Source of the DNA: Nitrospirota bacterium
Lineage (GTDB): Bacteria; Nitrospirota; UBA9217
Direction: 5' to 3'
Length of the DNA stretch: 64,000 bases
Assembly: GCA_963740085.1 (NCBI GenBank)
Contig: CAVUCU010000005.1
Coordinates: 256,001-320,000, forward strand
Each line of letters starts with the position of its first letter. Position 1 is the stretch's first letter. Of this stretch, positions 1 through 9,579 are shown piece after piece. The notes beneath the pieces are model-generated. The model ran no database searches and was not told the DNA's origin. It saw only the letters and a list, made by a program, of their open reading frames with translations. Both the position numbers and the translations under genes were made by a program.

Positions 1-519
1 CCTGCCAAGGAATTGAAACCACCGATCATCATCTACAGCGATGCAAGCGGCGACGACGCGGTCAAGGCTGCGAAGGCCATCATCGCCGGAGGATACAAGA
101 ACGTAAAGATCTTAACCAGTGGAATATCCGGATGGCAGGCTGCAAAATACCCCCTCGACTCCGGGAACTTGAATGTCACCATGGCCTATGTGCCCAAGCC
201 CAGGCCGGGTTCAATGCCAATCGATGAGTTCAAGAAGATCGCTTCTGCGACCCCGGCCGATGTCCTGATCCTCGATGTGCGGGACAGGGACGAGGCGAAT
301 GCCGGCATGATCCAGGGGGCGAAACTGGTGCCTGATGAAGAAATCCTCGACCGCCTGGCAGAGATCCCAAAGGACAAACAGATCCTCACGTATTGCTCGA
401 CAGGCGTGCGCGCGGAGATGGCGTACCACAAGCTGAAGGAGAGAGGCTACAGGGTAGCCTTCCTGAACGCGATCATGGAGATCGATAAGGAAGGGAACTT
501 CAAGATCGAAAAACCGTAG
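1..519 (+). CDS. Multi-domain rhodanese-like sulfurtransferase, 5' end outside window
   Basis: Two rhodanese-type segments (L-x-S-G-I-x-G-W; LILDVR...YCSTGVRA active-site loop); frame open from window edge. Confidence 0.8.
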   Translation, partial: PAKELKPPIIIYSDASGDDAVKAAKAIIAGGYKNVKILTSGISGWQAAKYPLDSGNLNVTMAYVPKPRPGSMPIDEFKKIASATPADVLILDVRDRDEANAGMIQGAKLVPDEEILDRLAEIPKDKQILTYCSTGVRAEMAYHKLKERGYRVAFLNAIMEIDKEGNFKIEKP

Positions 520-544
520 CGCATTGTCAAAGCGCTCTTTTCCG

Positions 545-576
545 GCCCCGGATGGTGAATGCCTCCGGGGCTTTTT
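545..576 (+). terminator. Intrinsic terminator
   Basis: GCCCCGGA/TCCGGGGC stem followed by TTTTT, just after rhodanese stop. Confidence 0.7.
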
Positions 577-640
577 GCGTCCATTGGATGAGAAAACGCG
601 GGACATGATCCATAACGTGGACATTCCACAATGGCAATCG

Positions 641-1378
641 TCATTGGATCATCCTCGTCTTTTTTTCAATCGCACTGGTCACTTCGGTTTTGCTGGGAAC
701 GTCGCTGTCTGCAGAGTAGAGGTATTCGGTCCTCACCAGTTCCTTCGCATATTCCCCGGGCGGATACATCTTCATGACCCTGATCCTTCCCCTTTCATCG
801 TACTCATAGAGCGTGGATCTGATCACGGTCTCGCGGGCATTCACGATCATGCGCCTCAGCTCAGTCCCCGTTTCAGGGATGCTGGAAACGATACCGGCAA
901 CGAATCCGGTCACCCCGCCAATGACGATCGGGGCCGCCACGATCGCCAGATATGCAACCGCCTCCTCGCCCGACCCGTGAAAAGACCATGCAAAGCTGCC
1001 CGAGATGTCCAACCCCGCCTGGAACCCCTTGCCGGTCCATTCATACACGATCGCAATCGGCTTTCCGATGTCGGCCTGCTGTTCAATGATCGCGATATCA
1101 TATGACCTGACAGGCCGGTCGTTCACGGTATGCACGATGGTAAACGTTCCCCCCGCTTTTCCCGGTCGATCGCGCAGTATCACGGGGAACAGGGGCCGCC
1201 CATGGTCGTCGAATTCAACTTTTTTCACCAGGAATGTCGATTGTTTTGGAACAGAAGGATATTCTGTGACAGGTTGAACGCGCTCTGTCATGCAGCCGCC
1301 AAGGACCAGCAACACACAACAGATGCAGCCAGCGCAGACATGCATCATGAATAATCCGCCATTACGTGAATGAATCAT
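641..1378 (-). CDS. Hypothetical lipoprotein (true start may be ~1348)
   Basis: LLVLGG-C lipobox-like N-terminus, internal Gly-rich hydrophobic segment; overlaps upstream gene stop. Confidence 0.6.
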   Translation of the reverse strand: MIHSRNGGLFMMHVCAGCICCVLLVLGGCMTERVQPVTEYPSVPKQSTFLVKKVEFDDHGRPLFPVILRDRPGKAGGTFTIVHTVNDRPVRSYDIAIIEQQADIGKPIAIVYEWTGKGFQAGLDISGSFAWSFHGSGEEAVAYLAIVAAPIVIGGVTGFVAGIVSSIPETGTELRRMIVNARETVIRSTLYEYDERGRIRVMKMYPPGEYAKELVRTEYLYSADSDVPSKTEVTSAIEKKTRMIQ

Positions 1379-2517
1379 GCCGAAGACTTCCTCACCAGCT
1401 CGATGAGAGTAACTTCCGGGGGCGCGAGGAACCGGATCGGCGGCCCCCAGGTTCCGGTCCCGCGGCTCACGTGCAGGAGCGAACCTTTCCCGAGATCGTA
1501 GTTGCCCGCATTCAGCGGAAACGACAGGCGCGTCAGCAAGGTGAAGGGAAAGATCTGCCCCTTATGCGTGTGTCCGGAGAGCTGGAGGTCAAAGAGGCCG
1601 ATGGTGTTCGGATCGATGTGCGGCTGGTGTTTAAGAAAAAGGATGAACTTGTCCCTCGCCAGCCCGCCCAGCAGATCTTTTTCTGATGATGGATGTCCAA
1701 GGTTCATCTGTACCGCGGTCCGATCGTCGGCGCCGACGATCGTGACGGGGCCGCCCGCGGCAACCTCATCACGCAGCATGGTAAGTCCCGCCTCATGGAT
1801 GAACGCGAGCGACTTTTCGGGTCCCGCATAATACTCATGGTTACCCATGACGGCGTACTTTCCGTATTTCGCCTTTATTTCACGAAGCATATCGGCAAGG
1901 CCGGGGAAATGGTTTATCTGGGCATCCACCAGGTCGCCGGTCACTACGAATAGATCGGGATCCGCGCCCCTGACCGCCTCGATCATCGGGCCGAACCGCT
2001 CGTGCCGGTTGATAAGGCCGAGGTGCACGTCCGATATCTGCGCGATCACAAGCCTGTCGATGCCCGCGGGGAGTTTCGTGGTCTCGATGACAAGCCGTTC
2101 CGTGTGGATGTCCTTCGCCTCAAAATAACCGTATGCACAGATCGCGAGCGCCAGGCCAAGACTGATGAAGAACGAGGTTTTCACCGGGACGAGATATGGG
2201 GAAATATCGTGCCGCGTCATCCAGCCCGCTATTCGGGTGATAAGGGTAATGCCATCGACGAGGAGTGAACTGCAGAAAAAGAGGAACAGCGCGGCCATCC
2301 AGAGGTAGGCGACATACGACAGTATCCGCGCCGCAAATTCATGCTCATGGGATTCGAGCGTCCGGACAAGAAAAACTGCGAAGACCATGAGCAGCATGAA
2401 CGAGGCAAGCACAGCCCCGACGATCGGACCGAACGCAAAGACGCTCCTTGCCTTGAGGAAGGCGTAGACGTGCACTCCTCCGTAGATGGTAAAGACCGTA
2501 ACAATGAAGAGGATCAT
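1375..2517 (-). CDS. Membrane-anchored metallophosphoesterase (YkuE/calcineurin-like)
   Basis: N-terminal TM helices; DVHLG, GDLVD, GNHE, HQP, GHTH motifs. Confidence 0.9.
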   Translation of the reverse strand: MILFIVTVFTIYGGVHVYAFLKARSVFAFGPIVGAVLASFMLLMVFAVFLVRTLESHEHEFAARILSYVAYLWMAALFLFFCSSLLVDGITLITRIAGWMTRHDISPYLVPVKTSFFISLGLALAICAYGYFEAKDIHTERLVIETTKLPAGIDRLVIAQISDVHLGLINRHERFGPMIEAVRGADPDLFVVTGDLVDAQINHFPGLADMLREIKAKYGKYAVMGNHEYYAGPEKSLAFIHEAGLTMLRDEVAAGGPVTIVGADDRTAVQMNLGHPSSEKDLLGGLARDKFILFLKHQPHIDPNTIGLFDLQLSGHTHKGQIFPFTLLTRLSFPLNAGNYDLGKGSLLHVSRGTGTWGPPIRFLAPPEVTLIELVRKSSA

Positions 2518-3593
2518 CTGCCGAAATTCACTCCCATGCCCTCGGCGATATGAACGAGTTCGCCATCGGGATCAACGAGTTTAAGCTTGCTGATCGCACT
2601 CTCCAGCGGCACCGAGGTAATGGCCGGGGGTTGATAGGAAACCATCTCCCCGAACTTCTTTTGAGCGATGAGCTCTACGGCATATGCGCCGTAACGCGTG
2701 GCCAGCAGGCGGTCAAAGGAACAGGGACTTCCTCCCCGCTGCACATGGCCGAGCACGGTCACCCGCGTCTCGAAGCTGGTACGCCTGCTGATCTCATTCG
2801 CGACGATCTCACCCATGCCGCCGAGCCTCAGAACGTAGCCATCGGCGGCCTTTTCCCGTACCGACATTTCACCGCCTGCCGGTTTGGCTCCCTCGGCCAC
2901 AACCACGATACTCGACTTGCTCCCCGCCTTTTTCCGCTCAAGAAGCTTCTCTGTCACTTTTTCCATGCTGAACGGGATCTCGGGGATCAGGATAACGTCG
3001 GCGCTCCCGGCCATACCCGCCTCGAGGGCGATCCACCCGGCATATCGCCCCATCACCTCCAGCACGATCACCCGCTGATGGCTTTCTGCCGTGGTATGGA
3101 GCTTGTCGAGCGCTTCAGTGGCGGTATCCACCGCAGTCTGGAAACCGAAGGTCACGTCGGTGGCCATAAGATCATTGTCAATGGTCTTGGGAACGCCGAT
3201 CACGGGCACGCCGAGCTTGTGTATCCCCTCGCCTATCTTAAGCGATCCGTCGCCCCCGATGACAACGAGCACATCGAGCCCCAGCTCGGTGATGTTGTCC
3301 AGCACCTCCGGCGACATGTCCTCCACGATCTCCCTGCCGCCGACGACGGTCTTATGGGCAAAGGGGTTGCCTCGATTCGTGGTGCCGAGAATGGTGCCCC
3401 CGACAGACAGGATTCCCCGCGTGTTCCATGACGTGAGCTGGCGTGTTTTTGTCGGCGTCAACAGGCCCTCGAACCCGTCGATGATGCCCGTAACCTGCCA
3501 GCCGTACTTGACGATGGCCGTCTTCGTGGCCGCGCGGATGACCGCATTGAGACCAGGGGCATCGCCCCCGCCTGAAAGAACTCCGATTCGCAT
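2514..3593 (-). CDS. pfkA: 6-phosphofructokinase (group III-like, probably ATP-dependent)
   Basis: SGGGDAPGLN, GGDGS, PKTIDND, MGRYAG, LGHVQRGG motifs; GGAGG RBS before ATG 3593. Confidence 0.9.
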   Translation of the reverse strand: MRIGVLSGGGDAPGLNAVIRAATKTAIVKYGWQVTGIIDGFEGLLTPTKTRQLTSWNTRGILSVGGTILGTTNRGNPFAHKTVVGGREIVEDMSPEVLDNITELGLDVLVVIGGDGSLKIGEGIHKLGVPVIGVPKTIDNDLMATDVTFGFQTAVDTATEALDKLHTTAESHQRVIVLEVMGRYAGWIALEAGMAGSADVILIPEIPFSMEKVTEKLLERKKAGSKSSIVVVAEGAKPAGGEMSVREKAADGYVLRLGGMGEIVANEISRRTSFETRVTVLGHVQRGGSPCSFDRLLATRYGAYAVELIAQKKFGEMVSYQPPAITSVPLESAISKLKLVDPDGELVHIAEGMGVNFGR

Positions 3594-3712
3594 GAAACCT
3601 CCAAAAATAATATGGGGTCCAGCAGCTATGGTCCAGGGCACAGGTGAAAAAACCTTAATGCGGTTCAGCGTTTTTTCCAGAACCCCGACCCCTTGACCCG
3701 GGACCCTGTATT

Positions 3713-4585
3713 TTAGATTCCCAGCAGCCTTGCCCCGCATTCACGGGCGATCTTCATAACCTCGTCATGAGGAATTCCCGCCTGCTCAAAATACGCAAGC
3801 TCCGCTTCGTAGGCTTCCGCGTACCGTGGATCAGGCAGCACGCAATCCGTACCAACGGCGAGCGGAACGCCGATACCATGTGCATGCAGTATCATCTCGA
3901 GATGAGAACGGATCAGGCCGGCAACGAAGTCCACTGCTTTTTTTGATGCCTTACCGGACTCAGCGGCGCGTTTGAGCGCTCCGGTCGTTGGTACCCAGAA
4001 TGTGGATCTTTTTGCCATTCTCTCGAGCGCTCGCTCGGACATGAAGAACCCATGCTCGATGGACCGCACCCCCGCGTCTGCGGCGTCAATGATGGCCTGT
4101 TCCCCGTTCGCGTGCGCCATGACGCCCAGGCCGCAGGCTGCGGCAGCCTGCACGATGAACTGGAGTTCGTCGTTGTTGAAGCCTCCAGCCGTCACCCTGC
4201 CGGGATCTTTGAGGCTCACCATGCCCGATGCCATGACCTTTATTATACCAGCACCGCCACGCTTGAGATTAAGAATTTCGCACTGGATCTCGTCCCTGGT
4301 CTCTACGGGATTGCCGAATATCGACCCATATCCGCCCTTTTTCCAGAGCGCCCATACTGCGGAAACAATGATGGGAGCGGCTGACCGTTCAACTGTTTTG
4401 CTGACGGGCCTTGCCCCGTTTTTCCTACCCGCGTCCCGCACCGCTATAACGCCGGCATCGACGATAGCATCCAGACAGCAGGTATCCCTAAGATGCACAT
4501 GGGCGTCGACCAATCCGGCGCCGCGTCTTGGATGTCCGGGAAATCGTTCTGATAATGGATGAAGATGTTCTCTCTGTTCTTTCAC
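3713..4585 (-). CDS. Amidohydrolase-superfamily metal-dependent hydrolase
   Basis: DAHVH, IKVMASG, AHA, IEHG, GTD motifs; start overlaps upstream stop (GTGA). Confidence 0.8.
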   Translation of the reverse strand: MKEQREHLHPLSERFPGHPRRGAGLVDAHVHLRDTCCLDAIVDAGVIAVRDAGRKNGARPVSKTVERSAAPIIVSAVWALWKKGGYGSIFGNPVETRDEIQCEILNLKRGGAGIIKVMASGMVSLKDPGRVTAGGFNNDELQFIVQAAAACGLGVMAHANGEQAIIDAADAGVRSIEHGFFMSERALERMAKRSTFWVPTTGALKRAAESGKASKKAVDFVAGLIRSHLEMILHAHGIGVPLAVGTDCVLPDPRYAEAYEAELAYFEQAGIPHDEVMKIARECGARLLGI

Positions 4586-6615
4586 GGGTGGTATTGTTCG
4601 TACAGGCTATCCGGAATTAGTTTCAGGTCTCGGGTGAAGCGGTCGTTCATTGATTTGTAGTGGTTGAACTCCGCGATCAGCTCGTTCTTTTTCCCCTCGT
4701 CCTGTATCGGCTCCAGATCCATACTCTTCCCGATGGAAAACAATTCATCCTGATCGATGAAATACATTCCGGAAATATAATCTATCAGATCGGTTTTCGT
4801 GTGTTTGAGGGGATAGCTGTGGATATTTCTGAATGAAGGGTCCGTATCAAGTCCCGTACCGACCCAGGCAGCGGTCGAAGGGACATCTATATGATAATTC
4901 TTTTTAAGAAAGGCGAGTAGGGAAGGGGTAATATCCAATTGCGATGAGATCGACTGGATATACGCGGTGCGCTTTAGCATGGGCGAGAATATGATCAGCG
5001 GGACATGAAATCGATCGATCTTGGTGGACATCTCGATCTCAGGCAGGCGATGGTCGCCGGTAAGGATAAATATGGTATTGCTATAGGCCGGAAGTTTCGC
5101 GTATTGCTCAAAAAAGAATCGTAACGCCTCATCAGTGTACATGATCGTGGAATATATCTTTTCGTAGGTGCGGTGCTCTTTCTTCCGGACCTCATCAAAA
5201 CCCAATCTGTTCATCCGCTCCTCAACGAGCCTTATATATCTCTCCTGTTCGGGTATGGAATATGACGTGTGCATGCTCATGGTCTGTATGAACGAAACAT
5301 ATGGCTGCCGCGAATCTCGACGGTCCATTTCCAGAGCTTTCCTCATCACCTCCCTGTCGGGATAACCCCAGCTTGAACCGGGACTTTTCGCATAGGTGTT
5401 GTCATAGTCATCAATTCCGACCAGAACATCCACACCCTGCCGCTGGAGAAATAATCGCTCGTTATCAAAATCCGGATCACTGCCAATATAAAATTTGAGC
5501 CGATATCCACTGTGTTTCAGGATGCTCATCAATGAAAGATGCCTGGGCATCCGTTTACCCAGTTCATTAAAGCCTTGCTCCGCGAACGGCAAGGAGGCTA
5601 AAATCGATGGAAGCGCCGCAAAGGTGCGCCCCTGTGAAGCAAGGAAATTCTCCCAGTACAGACTTCTTCCCGCCAGATCATCGAGAAAGGGAGTGAAGCT
5701 CCCCAGATACGCATTGGGCCCGCTGAATGCCTTGCCCAAACCCTCCACCAGAATAAACACAAGGTTGGGCGGCCTGGTGGAATCAACAGTGAAGTATTCG
5801 CCCAACACATCGCGGGTATCGTCGGTCCTGAGAAAGGGATATTCTGGATCGATATATTTGAATACCGGCGCCCCGACAGGCCGCCCATCCGCCCTGCGGG
5901 AGGCAATGACAGAATCATTCGCTTTTGCGGCGTGAGAAAAATAGGCATAAGAATCCACGGCAAAATACATCACTTTGTTCAATGCCAGGTTATAGGATAA
6001 TTCCGATGCAAATGATGCTCTCTCGGGTAAACCGGATGCCGTGAAGACCAGCACGATCCCCGCCCCTAAGGCGACAAACGCATATGCCGGTTTCATCGAC
6101 TTGCGGGTGTATAAAAACGCCAGCGTCGCCCAGAATACTGCCACGGGCATGATAAAGAGGAATATTGAAATTGCATTGATCGTGATCCCGCCTCTGACCG
6201 TTTCTTCAATTTCCTTCACGGAATATCCAAAAACATCGGCCCCGAGGGGAACCCCCGCCGTGGCAAAGTATTTGATCAATACTGCGTACAGGATGAGAAC
6301 GATCGATCCACCGATACCATATGCCAGGTAACGGGACTTCATCGTTCTTGTGCTCAGGTATATGATGAGAAAGGGAACGAACAGGAACGGAAGCATTTTC
6401 AGATAGGATACAATATCAAACAGGAGAGCCTGTACGATAACGTTCCGGATATCCTCCGGAAGATTGCGGGTCATTGAAATGAAAATGAATTCCATCATGC
6501 GCGCCGCCAAGAATGCCATCAATAATGCTGATGACAGGCTCGCAAACAGGGCAACGCTGTGTTTTAATGAACTGAGAAATGACTGTTCAGGTTTCCTCTG
6601 GATCGCGCTGTTCAT
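4582..6615 (-). CDS. LTA synthase/sulfatase-family membrane phosphotransferase
   Basis: About 5 N-terminal TM helices, then PNLVFILVEG, GRT (catalytic Thr), TMSMH, TGDH motifs. Confidence 0.85.
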   Translation of the reverse strand: MNSAIQRKPEQSFLSSLKHSVALFASLSSALLMAFLAARMMEFIFISMTRNLPEDIRNVIVQALLFDIVSYLKMLPFLFVPFLIIYLSTRTMKSRYLAYGIGGSIVLILYAVLIKYFATAGVPLGADVFGYSVKEIEETVRGGITINAISIFLFIMPVAVFWATLAFLYTRKSMKPAYAFVALGAGIVLVFTASGLPERASFASELSYNLALNKVMYFAVDSYAYFSHAAKANDSVIASRRADGRPVGAPVFKYIDPEYPFLRTDDTRDVLGEYFTVDSTRPPNLVFILVEGLGKAFSGPNAYLGSFTPFLDDLAGRSLYWENFLASQGRTFAALPSILASLPFAEQGFNELGKRMPRHLSLMSILKHSGYRLKFYIGSDPDFDNERLFLQRQGVDVLVGIDDYDNTYAKSPGSSWGYPDREVMRKALEMDRRDSRQPYVSFIQTMSMHTSYSIPEQERYIRLVEERMNRLGFDEVRKKEHRTYEKIYSTIMYTDEALRFFFEQYAKLPAYSNTIFILTGDHRLPEIEMSTKIDRFHVPLIIFSPMLKRTAYIQSISSQLDITPSLLAFLKKNYHIDVPSTAAWVGTGLDTDPSFRNIHSYPLKHTKTDLIDYISGMYFIDQDELFSIGKSMDLEPIQDEGKKNELIAEFNHYKSMNDRFTRDLKLIPDSLYEQYHP

Positions 6616-6745
6616 GCTCTGCAGCTCTTCCTTTCAAAGAAACCGGTCGATGGCATGTTTTCCCCGGTTGTTCTCGGATCAAAGCCGATTTCCTTTTCGA
6701 AACCGACCAGCATGCACCTATCCGACAAGCGGCTGCGAGCTTTCA

Positions 6746-8047
6746 TCACCAGCGCCTTAAAATATTGGCCGAGATGCTTCGCTCAAAAAAAGGATAGGTA
6801 TTGTTATCGCCATAGCCTGCCGAAATTTTGAAGCCCCAGCGGGGATTGAAATATTTCTGGAACACGGCCCCATACGATTTGCTCCTCGTTGTCTTAACGA
6901 TCGTCGTCCCCGCGAGGAATTCACCGCCCTGGCCAAATCCGCCGTTCAGTTCAAAGTAATCATCTCCATTTCCCGCAAAGTAATACCGGGCGAGAAGGTG
7001 ATGAGATACGCTCAGTTTCGCGGATGACGGGACAAAGAGGGTCCGCCATCGGAAATACCAGTTGCCGGTATATTTTCCAAGTCCGAGGCCATACATATCG
7101 ACGGTGCTTGTCCCGAAATCCATGTGGTCATAGCTGAGGGAAGGCTCCCATCCCTTGCCGGCCCCCTGAAATATTTCAACGCGATAAGAATCCTCCGGGT
7201 AGAGGATGGCACGCGGTGAATACTGATACCGGACATTCGCATACGCCCGCGGCCAGAGATCCACATACCCATCGAGGGCCAAGGCATAGTCGTCAGATCC
7301 AAACCGCAGGGAATCGAGATATTCAAAAGCGAGCGAACCCTTTTGCCAGTAATGACGAAGAGAAGCGCTGTAATAATTCCAGGTTCCACGGACCGGTGAA
7401 AATTCGCTCACGCCGTATGACAGGTTCGCTAACCATTTGTACGCATCAGGTGCTTCTGATTCGGGCGCCTGTCTGCGTTGTTAAGAGAAGTAAGATATTG
7501 CTCGATCTCGGAGTCCGGCGCGCCGTGTGCGCGGGCCGCTTCAAAGTCGGCGCGGGCTGCATCGAAGATCGCCCGCAGACCGGCAGGCTCTTGCGCGCGC
7601 GATGTACGCGCCGGGGTCACCGGGGTCCGCCGCTATCCATTTTCCGTATGCGTTCACGGCATCCCGAGGCCGGTCATTCCAGAGATACATGTCCCCGAGG
7701 GCCGACCAGGCATCGCCGTAGTCCGGTGACCGCGACGTTACCGCGGTCAGGTCCTGCTCGGCCTCCTTCCAGCGGTTCTCCCACGCATAGGTCCGCCCTC
7801 GCGCGAGCAGCAGATCGGAATTATTCGGTCGCGTCGCCAGTAATTCCGTGTAAAGCCGTATTGCTTCATCACGATGTTTCGAAAAAGAGAGGGCTCTTGC
7901 AAGCTTGAACTTAGCGTCATACGATTTGGGATGGGCTTTAGCCTCTGCACGATAGTACTGTGCTGCAGAATCATAATCACCCCTTGACATCGCCACATCA
8001 CCATCCGCTATCGCGACGACAAGACTCAACGCGAGAAGAATCATCAT
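6746..8047 (-). pseudogene. TPR-repeat + YaiO-family outer-membrane beta-barrel protein, interrupted by two compensating frameshifts (pseudogene or sequencing error)
   Basis: ORFs 7541..8047 (signal peptide + TPRs) and 6746..7411 (amphipathic beta strands, C-terminal W) are in the same frame; the TPR helix continues in a shifted frame at ~7565-7485. Confidence 0.75.
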
Positions 8048-8136
8048 TCCTTTAACCCTTCCTCTTTACCATGCCCGCATTACTTTCCCTGCCCTGTTTC
8101 CGGCGTGGCAGCGCAGAAAGCCCCGCTTCCTGTTTT

Positions 8137-9579
8137 TCATTGAGGACCGTTAGCACCGGCCGGCGCATGTTCTTCGTGTCCTTTTTTGTGGACTAGCTCC
8201 CACTTTCTCTTCCCTACGAGGTACTGGATGAGCGCTTCGAACCTCCAGAAAGAATTGATCTGTCGATAGCCGAAATTTTCAAGCACTCCGTAGATGAGAA
8301 GTTTGAACAGGTGACTCCACTTCGGATACCGCCTGAAGGTCAATTCTTCGAGAAAGATGCTGGCAGTCGAGAGAAACACTCCATAGAATATCGCCAGCGT
8401 AAGGAAAAGCAGGAGGAAGTCAAGGCTCAGGATCCCGAGGAAATAGGAAATAATGACAAAGGGATATCCCAGAACTTCGATCACCGGACCCAGGATCTCG
8501 AAAAGAACATAGTAGGGCAGAATCACCATGCCTATTTTGCCGAATCGGGGATTGAGCATCATCTCTCTATTTTGGAAAATAGTCTGGATCAGGCCGAGGT
8601 GCCACCTTCTCCGCTGTCTGCCGAGCATTTTAAAGTCATCCGGCGCCTCGGTCCAGCAGATAGGATCGGATACAAATCGTATTCGGTACGGTTTTTTCTT
8701 TTTCAGCATATGGCGGTGGAGCCGGACGATCATGTCCATGTCTTCCGCCACGTTGCCCACCATGAACCCCCCCGCCTCTACTACACTGGCTTTTTGAAAG
8801 AGCGAAAAGGTCCCGGAAAGAATAAGCAGCGCCCGCAGGTTGTCCCATCCCACCCTGCCGAAGAGGAACCCCCGGATGTACTCCACGATCTGGAACAGAA
8901 GCAACGTGTTGTCAGGGAGATCGATCTCCTCGATCGTGATCCCGTCGGTAAGCCGGAGGCCGTTGATAATTCGCACGACCCCGCCGCTTGCGATCACGGG
9001 AACGTTGCTCTCGAGGAGGGGGGTCATTACCCGTATGAGCGCGTCTTTTTCCAGCAGCGAATCCGCGTCGAGTGAGCAAAAATACGGCGACCGTGAGGCA
9101 TTTATCCCGCAATTCAGCGCATCGGCCTTGCCGCCCTGCTCCTTGTCTATCACGAGGAGATTCGGTGTTTCCAGGCTATAGTATAAACCCTTTACGGGTT
9201 TCGTCTTAAGAAACGTCCGATAGACGCGATCGATCTTTTTAAGACTGAACGAGTCGATCACTTTTTGCAATGTCCCGTCTGTCGACCCGTCGTTGATAAT
9301 GATCACCTCGAAAAAAGGGTATTCAGTGGCAAGCGCGGATCGAATGCTCCGGAGAACGACCTGTTCCTCATTATGCATGGCAATCAGGATCGTGACGGGC
9401 GGGGTCTCCGGAGAGAGGGTAAATTCCTTGTACGGGGAATATTTTATACGGCGAAGGTGCCTCAATATCACAAAAAGGGCAAGGGCGAGAAGTACTGAGT
9501 AAAGGCTGTTCAAGACTCCGAAATAAATCCCGACGCAATAGTTGAATCCGACAACCGTTATGATGAGTATTTTCTTCAT
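8137..9579 (-). CDS. Processive GT2 glycosyltransferase (PgaC/IcaA/cellulose-synthase-like)
   Basis: DGSTD, GGKADALN, DADS, AED, QRRRW motifs; flanking TM helices. Confidence 0.9.
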   Translation of the reverse strand: MKKILIITVVGFNYCVGIYFGVLNSLYSVLLALALFVILRHLRRIKYSPYKEFTLSPETPPVTILIAMHNEEQVVLRSIRSALATEYPFFEVIIINDGSTDGTLQKVIDSFSLKKIDRVYRTFLKTKPVKGLYYSLETPNLLVIDKEQGGKADALNCGINASRSPYFCSLDADSLLEKDALIRVMTPLLESNVPVIASGGVVRIINGLRLTDGITIEEIDLPDNTLLLFQIVEYIRGFLFGRVGWDNLRALLILSGTFSLFQKASVVEAGGFMVGNVAEDMDMIVRLHRHMLKKKKPYRIRFVSDPICWTEAPDDFKMLGRQRRRWHLGLIQTIFQNREMMLNPRFGKIGMVILPYYVLFEILGPVIEVLGYPFVIISYFLGILSLDFLLLFLTLAIFYGVFLSTASIFLEELTFRRYPKWSHLFKLLIYGVLENFGYRQINSFWRFEALIQYLVGKRKWELVHKKGHEEHAPAGANGPQ

